Below are positions 30,473 through 40,106 of a stretch of 64,000 nt of DNA, one piece after another. The notes beneath the pieces are model-generated. The model worked only from the letters and a program-made list of their open reading frames with translations, was not told the origin of the DNA and ran no database searches. Source of the stretch: Candidatus Bathyarchaeia archaeon (GTDB lineage Archaea > Thermoproteota > Bathyarchaeia > 40CM-2-53-6). The position numbers and the translations under genes are program-made. The stretch spans positions 704,001 through 768,000 of the forward strand of contig JBEKVV010000001.1 of assembly GCA_049513715.1 (NCBI GenBank), written 5' to 3'. Positions within the stretch are counted from its first letter, which is position 1; each line of letters opens with the position of its first letter.

Positions 30473-31150
30473 CTACGCTGACTCTTTCATCTTGATGACT
30501 ACAACATCAGGAACTTTCGGGGGAGCTTCGGTCGGTTCTGTGGGCTCTTGGACCTCCAGAGAGGCTATTTCCTTGAGGTATTCCCTTGTGTTCTCGACGT
30601 CTTTCAATTCTTTGCGAGCAATTTCGAGCCCCGCGCGGATGGATTCAGTCACTGCATGATAGGTTTGTTCACTTACCTCGGACGAAGTGAAAAACATCTT
30701 GTCGTTAGTTAGTGCGGTTTGGAGGCTTCGGATTTGCTTTTCAAGTCTGCCCTCGACTTGCTTCAATGTTTCTGTTAATTCCTCTCGTTTTGCGAGAATC
30801 TCTTTGTTTAGGTCCTCGTAGCTGCCACGAAGTTGGTTAAACTCTGACTGCTCGATGTCACCGTCTTTGAAGAGGAGTTGGAGCGCTTGATTGCGTCGTT
30901 TGATGATAACGTGTTCCCTTCTCAAGTCCTCAGCTTCGACGCGCCACGTCTCTAGAAGCACCGGATGACCATTAACTACTCTAACCGAGTTTATCGGAAA
31001 CTCATTGACTTCGCCGCTACTTTGTGCGATTTGGATGGATTGAACTTCGTCTTTGATGTCAGCCGCGAGCCCCACGAGTTTGCCGGTGGGCCGTCCCATA
31101 GCGTCCTCGATGGTCTGCCCAAGGTACTTTCCGATTTCCTCAACAGTCAA
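30473..31150 (-). CDS. cdvA: cell division protein CdvA
   Basis: PRC-barrel N-terminus KYLGQTIEDAMGR, coiled coil, C-terminal VVVIKM; synteny with cdvB and cdvC. Confidence 0.88.
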   Translation of the reverse strand: MTVEEIGKYLGQTIEDAMGRPTGKLVGLAADIKDEVQSIQIAQSSGEVNEFPINSVRVVNGHPVLLETWRVEAEDLRREHVIIKRRNQALQLLFKDGDIEQSEFNQLRGSYEDLNKEILAKREELTETLKQVEGRLEKQIRSLQTALTNDKMFFTSSEVSEQTYHAVTESIRAGLEIARKELKDVENTREYLKEIASLEVQEPTEPTEAPPKVPDVVVIKMKESA

Positions 31151-31172
31151 GGTCAACCTAGCACAAGACCCC

Positions 31173-31829
31173 TTAGTGTGAAAGGCCTGCTTCGCCAACT
31201 CTTGTTGGGCTGAAACCGTTCGCCGGTAGCTCTGGGAACCGATCTTTCATGTGCTGGTCCGCGATCGTGTTAGCTTCTCCTAGAATCCTCTGCGCTTCTA
31301 TGCCTGATGCTTCAACGTCGTAGGCTGTGCCAGTAGTTTCGCCGACCTCGTCTACGACATTACTTAGAACCTCCCCGATTTGGCTAAGTTCGAAACCGAC
31401 TTCTGGAATGACACCCGTGATTTGGTTCTTTATTGAATGTACGACGCTGGCCACTGGGGCCATCATTCGGGCGACGTCGCCGAATTCCTCGATCGTTTCA
31501 AGCCGTATTGAGACCTGCTCCAAGGCCAATTGGCATTGAAGAGTGACTTTAGCCATTTTGCGCACTTCTGCGCACTCATTCGCGTACATTGCGGCTCGCG
31601 CCGTATCGTGGCCCATCTGAGAACTAACACATTTGTTGAAAATGTCTTTGTCGTGCTGTTGCATTCGGATTGTTGCCGATTCGAGTTTGTTCTTCTGAAC
31701 TCTTAGTCTGTAAAGGGCTGAAGCAATCTGTTCCTTTACCGGTACCTTATGGTGGAACCTTCCGCTCATTCTGGAGACTAGGGGTTCGGATGGTTCTCTA
31801 TCCCAGTCCTTGAGAAATCCGCTATTCAA
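31173..31829 (-). CDS. ESCRT-III/Snf7 (CdvB paralog)
   Basis: AAMYANECAEVRKMAK, DRFPELP; GGAGGT before TTG 31829. Confidence 0.9.
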   Translation of the reverse strand: MNSGFLKDWDREPSEPLVSRMSGRFHHKVPVKEQIASALYRLRVQKNKLESATIRMQQHDKDIFNKCVSSQMGHDTARAAMYANECAEVRKMAKVTLQCQLALEQVSIRLETIEEFGDVARMMAPVASVVHSIKNQITGVIPEVGFELSQIGEVLSNVVDEVGETTGTAYDVEASGIEAQRILGEANTIADQHMKDRFPELPANGFSPTRVGEAGLSH

Positions 31830-32173
31830 TGTCCTGACCTCCAATTTGTGGTTGCAACAATTCTTGTCGTCGGTTGTCCGTACGAGAACGAATGCTATTC
31901 AAATTTCGTGCAAGAAAGCTGTCAAGAATCGGTGAGCCAACGAAATTAGTTTCTCATAATCAGCAGTCACGAAGCCTATTTGTTCAGCATTCTGACTTCA
32001 AACAGAATAGAAAGGAGTTGAAAGTCTCTGAACGCTAGACCTTTCATGTACGAGATATGTTGAAACCACTATGCTCTCTATCGAATCAACGAAAGTCAGC
32101 CAATTGCCATGTTCTACCAACAAAAACCGATGAAAACAGCAGAAAGACGGTCGTTTAGGCTCCGGAGTGATCA

Positions 32174-32312
32174 TTACGCGTGCTTCTCCAGCTTGATCTC
32201 GATTGTTGAGACATTTCTCGAGTCGCCTCCTTCACCTAACCCCTGAGTACCAATGCTGATTCCCGAAACTTTCAATTTGCCGCCGAAGAACCAGCTTCGT
32301 GCACACCTGCGC
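32174..32312 (-). pseudogene. 5'-truncated, frameshifted Alba remnant
   Basis: AQVCTK/(+1)WFFGGKLKVSGISIGTQGLGEGGDSRNVSTIEIKLEK matches the Alba C-terminal half; N-terminal GKKP/ARG motifs are absent. Confidence 0.7.
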
Positions 32313-32339
32313 TTTCGGAGGACTAGTGGCAGAGTTGTG

Positions 32340-33638
32340 CTATGTTGGAATGATTTTGAACGGGAACATGAAGTAGAAAGCCAACAGCACCACGCCCAAG
32401 TAGAACGCCAAAACGAGCTTGGGCGGGTTCTGGTCTGCAATCATGTGGGCAATGACTGCGCATACTGCCGGCATTGGGAGCAGGAAATAGAATAGGTAAG
32501 TGACCCGGTGCCCGATTATGACCAGCGGAAGGTAGGCCATGTATGCGACTGCGAACCATACGACAGAGAACAGTGTCAGGTTGCTCTTTTGTTGGTAGTA
32601 ACTGTAGCCTGCATAGAGCATTGCAGGGATGGTGAGGTACAGGATCGCGGGGTTCAAGGCCCCCGTGAAAGAGACAGAGGTGAAGCTTCGAGTCACGTTA
32701 CCTGCGGTCACAGCCACATTAACGGTCAGGTAGGGTATCTGCACTTGATTTAGGAGCCACTGCCAAGGACAACTGATAATCCCGTTCGGACACGAAGAGA
32801 CGAGCCCAGCAGAGTAGTTCAAGATGAACTGAACATGACTGAGAGGGTTTGAGTACCCGCCCCAAAACCTGTCGAGCACAGTAAGTATCCCAAGAAATGC
32901 GACAGCGAAGACTGCAACATACTTCTCAAACCAACCAAATAGTGACCCCCATGATTTCGCTTCTCGGTCTGTTGTGATGAATTTGGCCACTTGCATTATG
33001 ATGATTATTATGAAACCGAAAACACCGTTGATTTTTGTCAGTGTGCTCAGCGCCATGCCGAGGGCGCTCAGGTAGGTGTGGCCAGAGAAGTACCAGTAGA
33101 AACCTAGCAACATGAAGGTTAGAGTGAAAATGTCCAAGGTTGCGATTCGGCTTTGGACGAAAATCAGGTTGTCGAAAGAGAAGAGGAATGTTGCGACTAT
33201 TGGAACGATAGGGTAGGTCGCCAGTCGCTTCATGAGCAGGTAGAAAACGAGAATTGCCAGGGATCCGAAGATTACGCTTGGAATTCTCCACCCGAAACCA
33301 TTGTCGCCGAGGAAGTGCATTGACAGGGCGATCAGGAGTTTTGCCAGTGGGGGATGTTCATGGTTGGGGTCAATTCCGATGGGCGCGTTCTGGTACGGTG
33401 GTAAGCCGTTGCTGCCCTTGCTCTGTGGCAGGCCGAGAACAACGCGAGCCACGTTGACGTAGTACCATTCATCGAATATCAGTGACCCGTTTGGTTTGTC
33501 CAACCAAAGGAGGCGGAGGATCACATCGACGACGAGAAGGATCAGAAACATTCGGTCATAGATGTTCTTGAAGTTCAAGTCTAGCTTGATGGCTCGAAGT
33601 GAGAGCCCCGCCGGTTCTGCCGGTGCTCCAGTGCTCAA
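32340..33638 (-). CDS. GT-C fold glycosyltransferase family 39 (protein O-mannosyltransferase-like)
   Basis: IFDEWYY, EHPPLAK, GWR, SRIATLD; multiple TM segments. Confidence 0.85.
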   Translation of the reverse strand: MSTGAPAEPAGLSLRAIKLDLNFKNIYDRMFLILLVVDVILRLLWLDKPNGSLIFDEWYYVNVARVVLGLPQSKGSNGLPPYQNAPIGIDPNHEHPPLAKLLIALSMHFLGDNGFGWRIPSVIFGSLAILVFYLLMKRLATYPIVPIVATFLFSFDNLIFVQSRIATLDIFTLTFMLLGFYWYFSGHTYLSALGMALSTLTKINGVFGFIIIIIMQVAKFITTDREAKSWGSLFGWFEKYVAVFAVAFLGILTVLDRFWGGYSNPLSHVQFILNYSAGLVSSCPNGIISCPWQWLLNQVQIPYLTVNVAVTAGNVTRSFTSVSFTGALNPAILYLTIPAMLYAGYSYYQQKSNLTLFSVVWFAVAYMAYLPLVIIGHRVTYLFYFLLPMPAVCAVIAHMIADQNPPKLVLAFYLGVVLLAFYFMFPFKIIPT

Positions 33639-33642
33639 TTGC

Positions 33643-35583
33643 CTACATCCTTTCGCTTACTTCTATCCCAAGCAACCGCAACGAATTGCGCAATGCAACT
33701 TGAACTGCTCTGACCAGTATAGCCCTTGCGTTCTTAACGTTCTCTTCTGCGTGAATTACGTCCACTTTCTCGTAATATTCATGGAACTTTTCGGCCAGGC
33801 TACTTGAGTAGTTGGCCAACTCCTCTGGTTTTAGTTGATCGGCAGCTTCCTGGAAGGCGTCTGGCATTTGGCCTACCTTGAATATGAGAAGGTGTTCAAG
33901 GGGATGAGTGAGAAGTGAGCAATCCGCCTTTTCCGGAACCTTGCCGAGTTTTCTAAGTATGCTGCCCGCCCTAGTGTAGGCGTAGTTGATGGATGGGCCA
34001 CTGTTGCGCTCCAGGCTCAGGACACGGTCCCATGTAAACGTCAAGTTCTTTGTACTACTCACGGTCAACATTGCGAACTTGATGGCTCCAAGTGCTATTG
34101 ATTGAATAACATTCTCTGCTTCATCTTTCTCCAGCTCTTCTTTCCTTCGAGCCATGGTCTGGCCCACTCTGGCCTTTGCTTGGTCAACGACTTCGTCTAA
34201 GGAAATGAAGTGTGCCCTTCGTTTTGACATCTTCATTCCGGGAAACTCAACTAATCCGTATGCGTAGTGAACTAAGTTGCGGGCTGCATCGTGTTCTCCT
34301 AGTGCATACAATGCGAGCCGGATTTGTAGCTGGGGCAGGGACTGCTCGCGTGCGATTACGTTGACCACTTTGTCAGAATCAGTGAACTTGACCAGTGTGT
34401 AAGCAATGTCTCGAGTGGCGTATAGGGTGGTTCCGTCGCTGCGGACCAATGTCAGGGGCGGTACTTCGTACGTGAGTGAGAGCCCGAATTGTTCGCGGAG
34501 TGAGTAGGCGTCAACGATGGCGTTTATGTCCAACGAGTATGAGGTGCCTTCGCTTCTCGCGAAGGGCAGTTTGAGAAGGCGCTTCACGGCATCTTCCACC
34601 CTGCCGTCCCAGAGAAGTTGGCTCTCCCAGTCCCAAGTGTCGAAGGTGATGCCTATCTTGGAGAGGCTGGTCTTGATCCCGTCCAGGCATGGATTAGCAA
34701 CGCCGTGAACGAGCGTGACTGTCTCTTTGTCTCCTTCTTCGTACTTCTTTCCAATTTGTTGAATAGTTTTCTCTGGGTCGGGGTCTTCCTGAACAGCTTT
34801 TAGGACTCTTTCGAGGATGTCTTTGTCGGTTGATTCCAGCTCGGCCGCTATTGCGACCCATTCGTCAAGGTTTCTTTGAAGTTCAAGCCGCTCTTCAGAA
34901 TCAACTGAATCGGCGCCTAGCTCTTTCAACTTCTTTCTTGTTGTCTGGATTTGTACTGCGCAATTGGTGCTTGCGTATAGTCGCCCAAACCAATGGTCAA
35001 CCTTGCCCACCGGTTTCGGTTGCTCCAGTAACCTGTACCCGTAGGCGAGGATTGAGACTTGCCTGCCAACATCGTCAACATAGAACCTTCTGTTGACTTT
35101 GTGGCCGCGGCCCACAAGCAGGCGAGCCAGGGTGTCCCCGAGTATTGAGTTTCTTGCGTGGCCCATCGTGATTGGACCGCTGGGGTTGACGCTGGTGTGC
35201 TCGACTGAGATTCTGGCCGGTTGATCCACCTTCTCAATGCCATAGCCAGCATCTTCCATGGCAGCTGCCTCAAGTATGCGATTTCCAGCGACAGCGTAAT
35301 TGAGCCTGAAGTTCGCGTACCCGCCAACAGCTTCCACCGATGCGATGTACGTGCTCTCCCCGACTTGGATCTCTTTTTCAATCTTCTTGGCGGTTTCTTG
35401 CGGCGAGAGTTTCGATTCTTTGGCTATGTCAAAGGCGATGGATGAGGAAAGTTCCCCGAATTCTAGGGTAGGGGGGACTGCCATGCGGGGTATTCTTTCG
35501 CTCCAACTTGGGTAAACTTTCTTCAGTGCGAAGTCGAGTGCCTGTGTGCATTCATTCCTGAATTCTTGAAGAAAGTTAGTCAA
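33643..35583 (-). CDS. argS: arginine--tRNA ligase
   Basis: EHTSVNPSGPITMGHARN, RSDGTTLYATRDIAY, KMSKR, C-terminal ERM. Confidence 0.96.
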   Translation of the reverse strand: MTNFLQEFRNECTQALDFALKKVYPSWSERIPRMAVPPTLEFGELSSSIAFDIAKESKLSPQETAKKIEKEIQVGESTYIASVEAVGGYANFRLNYAVAGNRILEAAAMEDAGYGIEKVDQPARISVEHTSVNPSGPITMGHARNSILGDTLARLLVGRGHKVNRRFYVDDVGRQVSILAYGYRLLEQPKPVGKVDHWFGRLYASTNCAVQIQTTRKKLKELGADSVDSEERLELQRNLDEWVAIAAELESTDKDILERVLKAVQEDPDPEKTIQQIGKKYEEGDKETVTLVHGVANPCLDGIKTSLSKIGITFDTWDWESQLLWDGRVEDAVKRLLKLPFARSEGTSYSLDINAIVDAYSLREQFGLSLTYEVPPLTLVRSDGTTLYATRDIAYTLVKFTDSDKVVNVIAREQSLPQLQIRLALYALGEHDAARNLVHYAYGLVEFPGMKMSKRRAHFISLDEVVDQAKARVGQTMARRKEELEKDEAENVIQSIALGAIKFAMLTVSSTKNLTFTWDRVLSLERNSGPSINYAYTRAGSILRKLGKVPEKADCSLLTHPLEHLLIFKVGQMPDAFQEAADQLKPEELANYSSSLAEKFHEYYEKVDVIHAEENVKNARAILVRAVQVALRNSLRLLGIEVSERM

Positions 35584-35937
35584 GATGATCTGTGGTCCAA
35601 GTTGGGTTCCCGGTATCGCTTATTTCGTTTCCTAGATGTGCTTCCATGCTATGAAATTAGCGACGTCTTCAATGGGGGCGTTCAGCCCTTGTGAGAACGC
35701 AGGATTGAAGTTCCACGGCCAGGAAAACCTTTGATTTGGTAGGAAAAAACCGGAAGTAACCGCTCAGTGCAGGTTTGTTTCCTTGCAGTTTCACGAACAG
35801 GGGCTATTTTGGGCAAGAAAAACATGTGTGCATGAGTTCTCGGTGATGCCCATTCGGTTTTTCTTGCTTATGAAGCTCCAGCGCTCATTTGGGCTATAAG
35901 CGCCTAAATCGTAGTGACTATTTGTGACGTGTCTCGT

Positions 35938-36015
35938 GGGCGGGTAGCCTAGCCTGGATAGGGCACAGGCCTCCGGAGCCTGAGGTCGGGGGTTCGAATC
36001 CCTCCCCGCCCGCCA
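35938..36015 (+). tRNA. tRNA-Arg(CCG), intronless, CCA encoded
   Basis: Acceptor GGGCGGG/CCCGCCC, anticodon arm CAGGC-CTCCGGA-GCCTG, T loop TTCGAAT. Confidence 0.97.
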
Positions 36016-36119
36016 ACTCCCAAGCCGTATTAGGGCAGGGTTCTTGCGTAAGCTGTCCTAGATTGGAGGTGGCAGGGAAACTGAGTTTCAGGGTAGAGTG
36101 AATAGTGCGTGTTTTGGAA

Positions 36120-36614
36120 TCAAAGTCTCTGCCTAATCTGATGTCCCTTGTTCAGTCGTCGATTTTGTGCCTCCTCGAAAACCTTGAACCAAGACGGATG
36201 TTTGCCCACAAAGTCAACAAAGTGCTCCATACGATTTATGGTATCCTCGTGGACGTGGTGCTCGATGCCTTCCGCGTCCAATTTCGTGGTTTTCTCTCCG
36301 ACGCCCAGAATAAGAAGGAATCTGATTATTGTGATGTGCTTCTGTTTAATGAACCGCGCCATCTCCTCTCCTTTGGCGGTGAGTCTAAGACCGCGGTACC
36401 GTTCATAGACAATGAGTCCCATTCCATCCAATCTTTGAAGCATGTTCGTGACACTAGGAGTCTTGACGCCCAAACGTTCCGCAATGTCCGTTGATCCGGC
36501 GTAGCCTTTTGTCTGGACGAGGTCATATACGACTTCAAGGTAATCTTCAACTCGTGTGAGGTCGAAAACTGGGTTCAGTCGCGAACTGTGAGTCATCACA
36601 TTGGCACTTCCCAT
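36120..36614 (-). CDS. mntR: DtxR/MntR family metal-dependent repressor
   Basis: EDYLE, wHTH IAERLGVKTPSVTNML, DAEGIEHH. Confidence 0.92.
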   Translation of the reverse strand: MGSANVMTHSSRLNPVFDLTRVEDYLEVVYDLVQTKGYAGSTDIAERLGVKTPSVTNMLQRLDGMGLIVYERYRGLRLTAKGEEMARFIKQKHITIIRFLLILGVGEKTTKLDAEGIEHHVHEDTINRMEHFVDFVGKHPSWFKVFEEAQNRRLNKGHQIRQRL

Positions 36615-36793
36615 ACTGATGAGAAAAGCAGGTAGGCATTAAGCTCAATGATTATGGCGGCTGAAATCAAAGCTGGGACCAGTGTGATTGTTCTGCTGAC
36701 GAATCCTTTCATCATTTTCTCATCCCTTATATCTCAACAGCCTTCTGGTTTCGCCATCATTGTCACTGGTCAGTTTCTTCTCAGCAAGCCAAT

Positions 36794-38125
36794 TTATTGC
36801 AGCGTAGCGTAGACAAGGTACAGATGATAGGCGCCATAAGCGCCTAGAATAATAGCCTGCAGGTAGACGCTAGATTGAGCGACAAGATAGTATATCAGGT
36901 ACGTGTTTAGCGCCACAATTACCGTCCCGGTTAACAAAGCGAGGAATGTGGTTAAGCGTTTGTTAACAAGCGGGCCCATGAGGTCCTTCTTGGCGGTGAA
37001 TGTTATCAAAGGTATCATGGGTAACGCGATCATCAGGCTGAGCAGTACTTGGCTGTAGACCAACAGGAACAGCGGATCGAAACCTAGGAGCACCGCTATC
37101 GTCGTTGGGAAAACGTTGATAACTCTCGTAATAATCCGCCTGACGGTTTTGTTTACTTTTGTTCCCAGTAACCCGTCCATGATCGCTTGGCCGGCTAATG
37201 TTCCGGTCGTCGAGGAGGCAATGCCGCTGCATAGCAGCGTCACAGCGAACATAATGGCGGCAAGCGATCCGTAGATGGGTATCATTATGCGATACGCCTC
37301 GTCTACTGCTGATATGTTGCTGAACTTCGGGTAGAAGGCCTGGGCGCTCACGATCAGGATGGCCGCATTGACCATTCCGGCGATCGTGAAAGCAACGAGG
37401 CATTCGCCGGTATGGAGCTTCAACAAATGTTTCTTTTCTTCACCGGTTCGGTCCGCCACTTTATCCCTAGTCAGCGTGGAATGTACGTACAGTGCATGTG
37501 GCATAACGGTCGCGCCGATGATGCCAACTATCAAGACTATGTTGTTGGGGTTAAGATCTGGCGAGACGAAGGCGTGAACAAGTTGAGTTACGTCTAGGCC
37601 GGTCACTGCAACTTCGTATAGGAAACCGACGCCGATGATCGATATGAACACCATGAAGAAGTATTCGAGTGACCTGAAACGTCGCGATGTCAGAGCTAGG
37701 AGAATTAGGATGTCAGCGGCTCCGAATAGCGACGCGTAAAGTAGGGGCACGTGGAACAGTATGTTCAGTGCGATGACAGTGCCCAGGTACTCGGCGAGGT
37801 CGGTGGACGCGACTGCAGCTTCGGCCCCAATCCAGTTCAGAAAAATGTCAAACCTTCTTCTGCTCGACTTCTTAAGAGACTCTCTGACGAGTCCCGCCAA
37901 ATCATTGCCCGTTGCTATTCCTAGCTTTCCTGAGAGATACTGGAGGAACATCGCCATGAAATTCGCCATCCAGACAACCCAAAGCAAACCGTAGTTGAAA
38001 GCCGCACCCGCCTGTATGTCTGTCCCGTAGTTCCCTGGGTCCATGTATGCCATACTGGTAATCAATGCCGGACCGGCGAAGATGAAAAGTGCACGATACT
38101 TGCTAACGAATCGCCTGATCTGCAA
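36794..38125 (-). CDS. mntH: Nramp family Mn2+/Fe2+ transporter
   Basis: YMDPGN, GATVMPHALYVHS, GTLAGQ. Confidence 0.95.
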   Translation of the reverse strand: MQIRRFVSKYRALFIFAGPALITSMAYMDPGNYGTDIQAGAAFNYGLLWVVWMANFMAMFLQYLSGKLGIATGNDLAGLVRESLKKSSRRRFDIFLNWIGAEAAVASTDLAEYLGTVIALNILFHVPLLYASLFGAADILILLALTSRRFRSLEYFFMVFISIIGVGFLYEVAVTGLDVTQLVHAFVSPDLNPNNIVLIVGIIGATVMPHALYVHSTLTRDKVADRTGEEKKHLLKLHTGECLVAFTIAGMVNAAILIVSAQAFYPKFSNISAVDEAYRIMIPIYGSLAAIMFAVTLLCSGIASSTTGTLAGQAIMDGLLGTKVNKTVRRIITRVINVFPTTIAVLLGFDPLFLLVYSQVLLSLMIALPMIPLITFTAKKDLMGPLVNKRLTTFLALLTGTVIVALNTYLIYYLVAQSSVYLQAIILGAYGAYHLYLVYATLQ

Positions 38126-38127
38126 AT

Positions 38128-38141
38128 TTAGATGAACCTAA
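38128..38141. promoter_or_regulatory. DtxR-family operator candidate TTAGATGAACCTAA
   Basis: TTAG-N6-CTAA inverted repeat 2 nt upstream of the mntH start; minus strand matches the TTAGGTTAACCTAA Sir/DtxR-type core at 12 of 14 positions. Confidence 0.65.
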
Positions 38142-38234
38142 CTAATCTAGAAGCTACTATTTTACATAGCCAAGTCAAGCTTTAAGTCTTTAGTTCTTTG
38201 CTTTGCCATTAGCAAGATCAGCACAGCATCCGAT

Positions 38235-38245
38235 CCCGCCCGCCA
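38235..38245 (+). repeat. 11-bp duplication of the tRNA-Arg 3' end (att-like scar)
   Basis: CCCGCCCGCCA is identical to 36005-36015. Confidence 0.55.
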
Positions 38246-38379
38246 TTTGGCTTTGTGTGATGGGGTAGAGGTTTTGTGCCCAAAGGCTTTCCAATAGGGC
38301 ATTTAGATTGACCAGGTGGAAGAGACCGTAGTCGTTTTATGGCAAGAAAACGATGCTCAAATGCTGTGGAAGTGAGCCC

Positions 38380-38784
38380 ATGCTATCCGCTCAAGAAATA
38401 GCGTATTTGAAAACCCAACGTCTTGCAAGGGTTGCAACTGCATCTCCAAACGGAGACCCCGAGGTTTCGCCCGTGGCCTTTGAATTCGATGGCGAGTATT
38501 TCTACGTCGGAAGTCATGACCAGTCTATTTTCTTCAGAACCAGACGGTACCAGAACATCAGGAAAGGCAACGCCAGAGTTTCATTTGTTATAGACGATTT
38601 GGAATCGGTGGACCCCTGGAAGCCGCGTGGGATAAAAGTCCGGGGAACTGCCGAGGTCGTAGAACACAAAGGAATTTTCGGAAAAGGAAGTTATCTCCGT
38701 ATCACTCCGCAGGTTTCGGTAAGTTGGGGAATTGAACCGGCGAAAGAGGGGCAATGGGCATCAAGGAAGGTGCATAATCGATGA
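38380..38784 (+). CDS. PPOX class (F420/FMN split-barrel) oxidoreductase
   Basis: LARVATASPNGDPEVSPV, NARVSFVIDD...WKPRGIKVRG. Confidence 0.88.
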   Translation: MLSAQEIAYLKTQRLARVATASPNGDPEVSPVAFEFDGEYFYVGSHDQSIFFRTRRYQNIRKGNARVSFVIDDLESVDPWKPRGIKVRGTAEVVEHKGIFGKGSYLRITPQVSVSWGIEPAKEGQWASRKVHNR

Positions 38785-38906
38785 GTGCTCAAGACAGGCC
38801 CAAAGGCGAATTCTAACCGGACAGGCAACACAGTCACCCGGCTTGGGTGATTAGATGAAGAAAGAAGACTTAACTATCCTAAGTTATCGTTGCGGTGCGA
38901 TGGATT

Positions 38907-39932
38907 TTGCCGCGCACGGTCGCACTGATAAGGGGAGACGGAACAGGGCCTGAATTAATTGAGGCCACACTAAGAATTCTGAAGGCTGTCGGTACATCGG
39001 TGAATTTTGTTGAGTGTGCTGCAGGTTTCGAATGGTGGCAAACCCATGGCGGTTCCACACTCATCCCTGACGATAGTTGGAAGATAATTGAATCCGCTGA
39101 TGCTTGCTTGAAAGGCCCCACCACAACCCCCGCAGGCCCAAACACCCCACGGAGTGTCGCTGTCTCAATCCGTCAAAAGAAAAACCTCTACGCAAACATT
39201 CGGCCAGTTAGAACCTTCCGAGGCACCAAGCGCCCCTTGGGCGACGTTGAGCTCGTCTGCGTCCGCGAAGCCACCGAAGGGCTCTATTGCGGAATCGAAC
39301 ACCGGCTATCGAAGGATGTGGCCATTGCGTTTCGGAAGATTACCCGCGAGCCGAGCGAGAAGCTATGCAAGACCGCATTCGAAGAGGCCAAACGGCGTGG
39401 TTGGAAACATGCTTTCGTCATAACCAAGCAAAACATTCTAAAGGAAACTGATGGCCTGTTCATGGACGCTGCAAACAACGTTCACAAGAAGTACCCAGAG
39501 ATTGACATGCAGGAATATTTTATCGACAATTTCGCACAACAGCTCGTCAAAAACCCCCAGAGGTTCAACCAAAGCGTAGTCTTCGGAACCAACCTCTTCA
39601 TGGACATCATTTCCGAAGAAGTCTCAGGGCTTGTGGCAAGTATCGGCTGTATTTATTCCGCTAACTTTGGCGACGACTATGCGATGTTCGAGCCCGCCCA
39701 TGGTAGTGCCCCACAATACAAAGGCCAGGACAAGGTGAACCCTACCGCCACCCTTCTAGCAGGAGCCTGGATGGTCGACTACCTTGGCGAGAAGAAGAAA
39801 GCCGAAGCCGTATTCAAAGCCACGGAAGAAGTCATCGCCGAGGGAAAGAAAGTCACCTACGACTTAGGCGGCACCGCCAAACTATCTGAAATGTCTGTGG
39901 AGATTGCCGAACGAGCTAAGAAATTGGTGTAG
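38907..39932 (+). CDS. isocitrate/homoisocitrate/isopropylmalate dehydrogenase family
   Basis: GDGTGPE, LYANIRP, REATEGLY, FEPAHGSAP. Confidence 0.93.
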   Translation: MPRTVALIRGDGTGPELIEATLRILKAVGTSVNFVECAAGFEWWQTHGGSTLIPDDSWKIIESADACLKGPTTTPAGPNTPRSVAVSIRQKKNLYANIRPVRTFRGTKRPLGDVELVCVREATEGLYCGIEHRLSKDVAIAFRKITREPSEKLCKTAFEEAKRRGWKHAFVITKQNILKETDGLFMDAANNVHKKYPEIDMQEYFIDNFAQQLVKNPQRFNQSVVFGTNLFMDIISEEVSGLVASIGCIYSANFGDDYAMFEPAHGSAPQYKGQDKVNPTATLLAGAWMVDYLGEKKKAEAVFKATEEVIAEGKKVTYDLGGTAKLSEMSVEIAERAKKLV

Positions 39933-40106
39933 GAAAGCGCAGCGGTCGCCTCAGCCATAACTCTGAATTGTATGCTGATTCGTGACGAAGAACATACAAC
40001 TCATCCCTTGACCACAGTGTGGATTTCCTCCAAGAAGACTTTACTTGGCAACCACATCTTTCCCCCACGTTGCGTTGCCCTGCCTGATTTTTCAGGAGTT
40101 GGGCGA

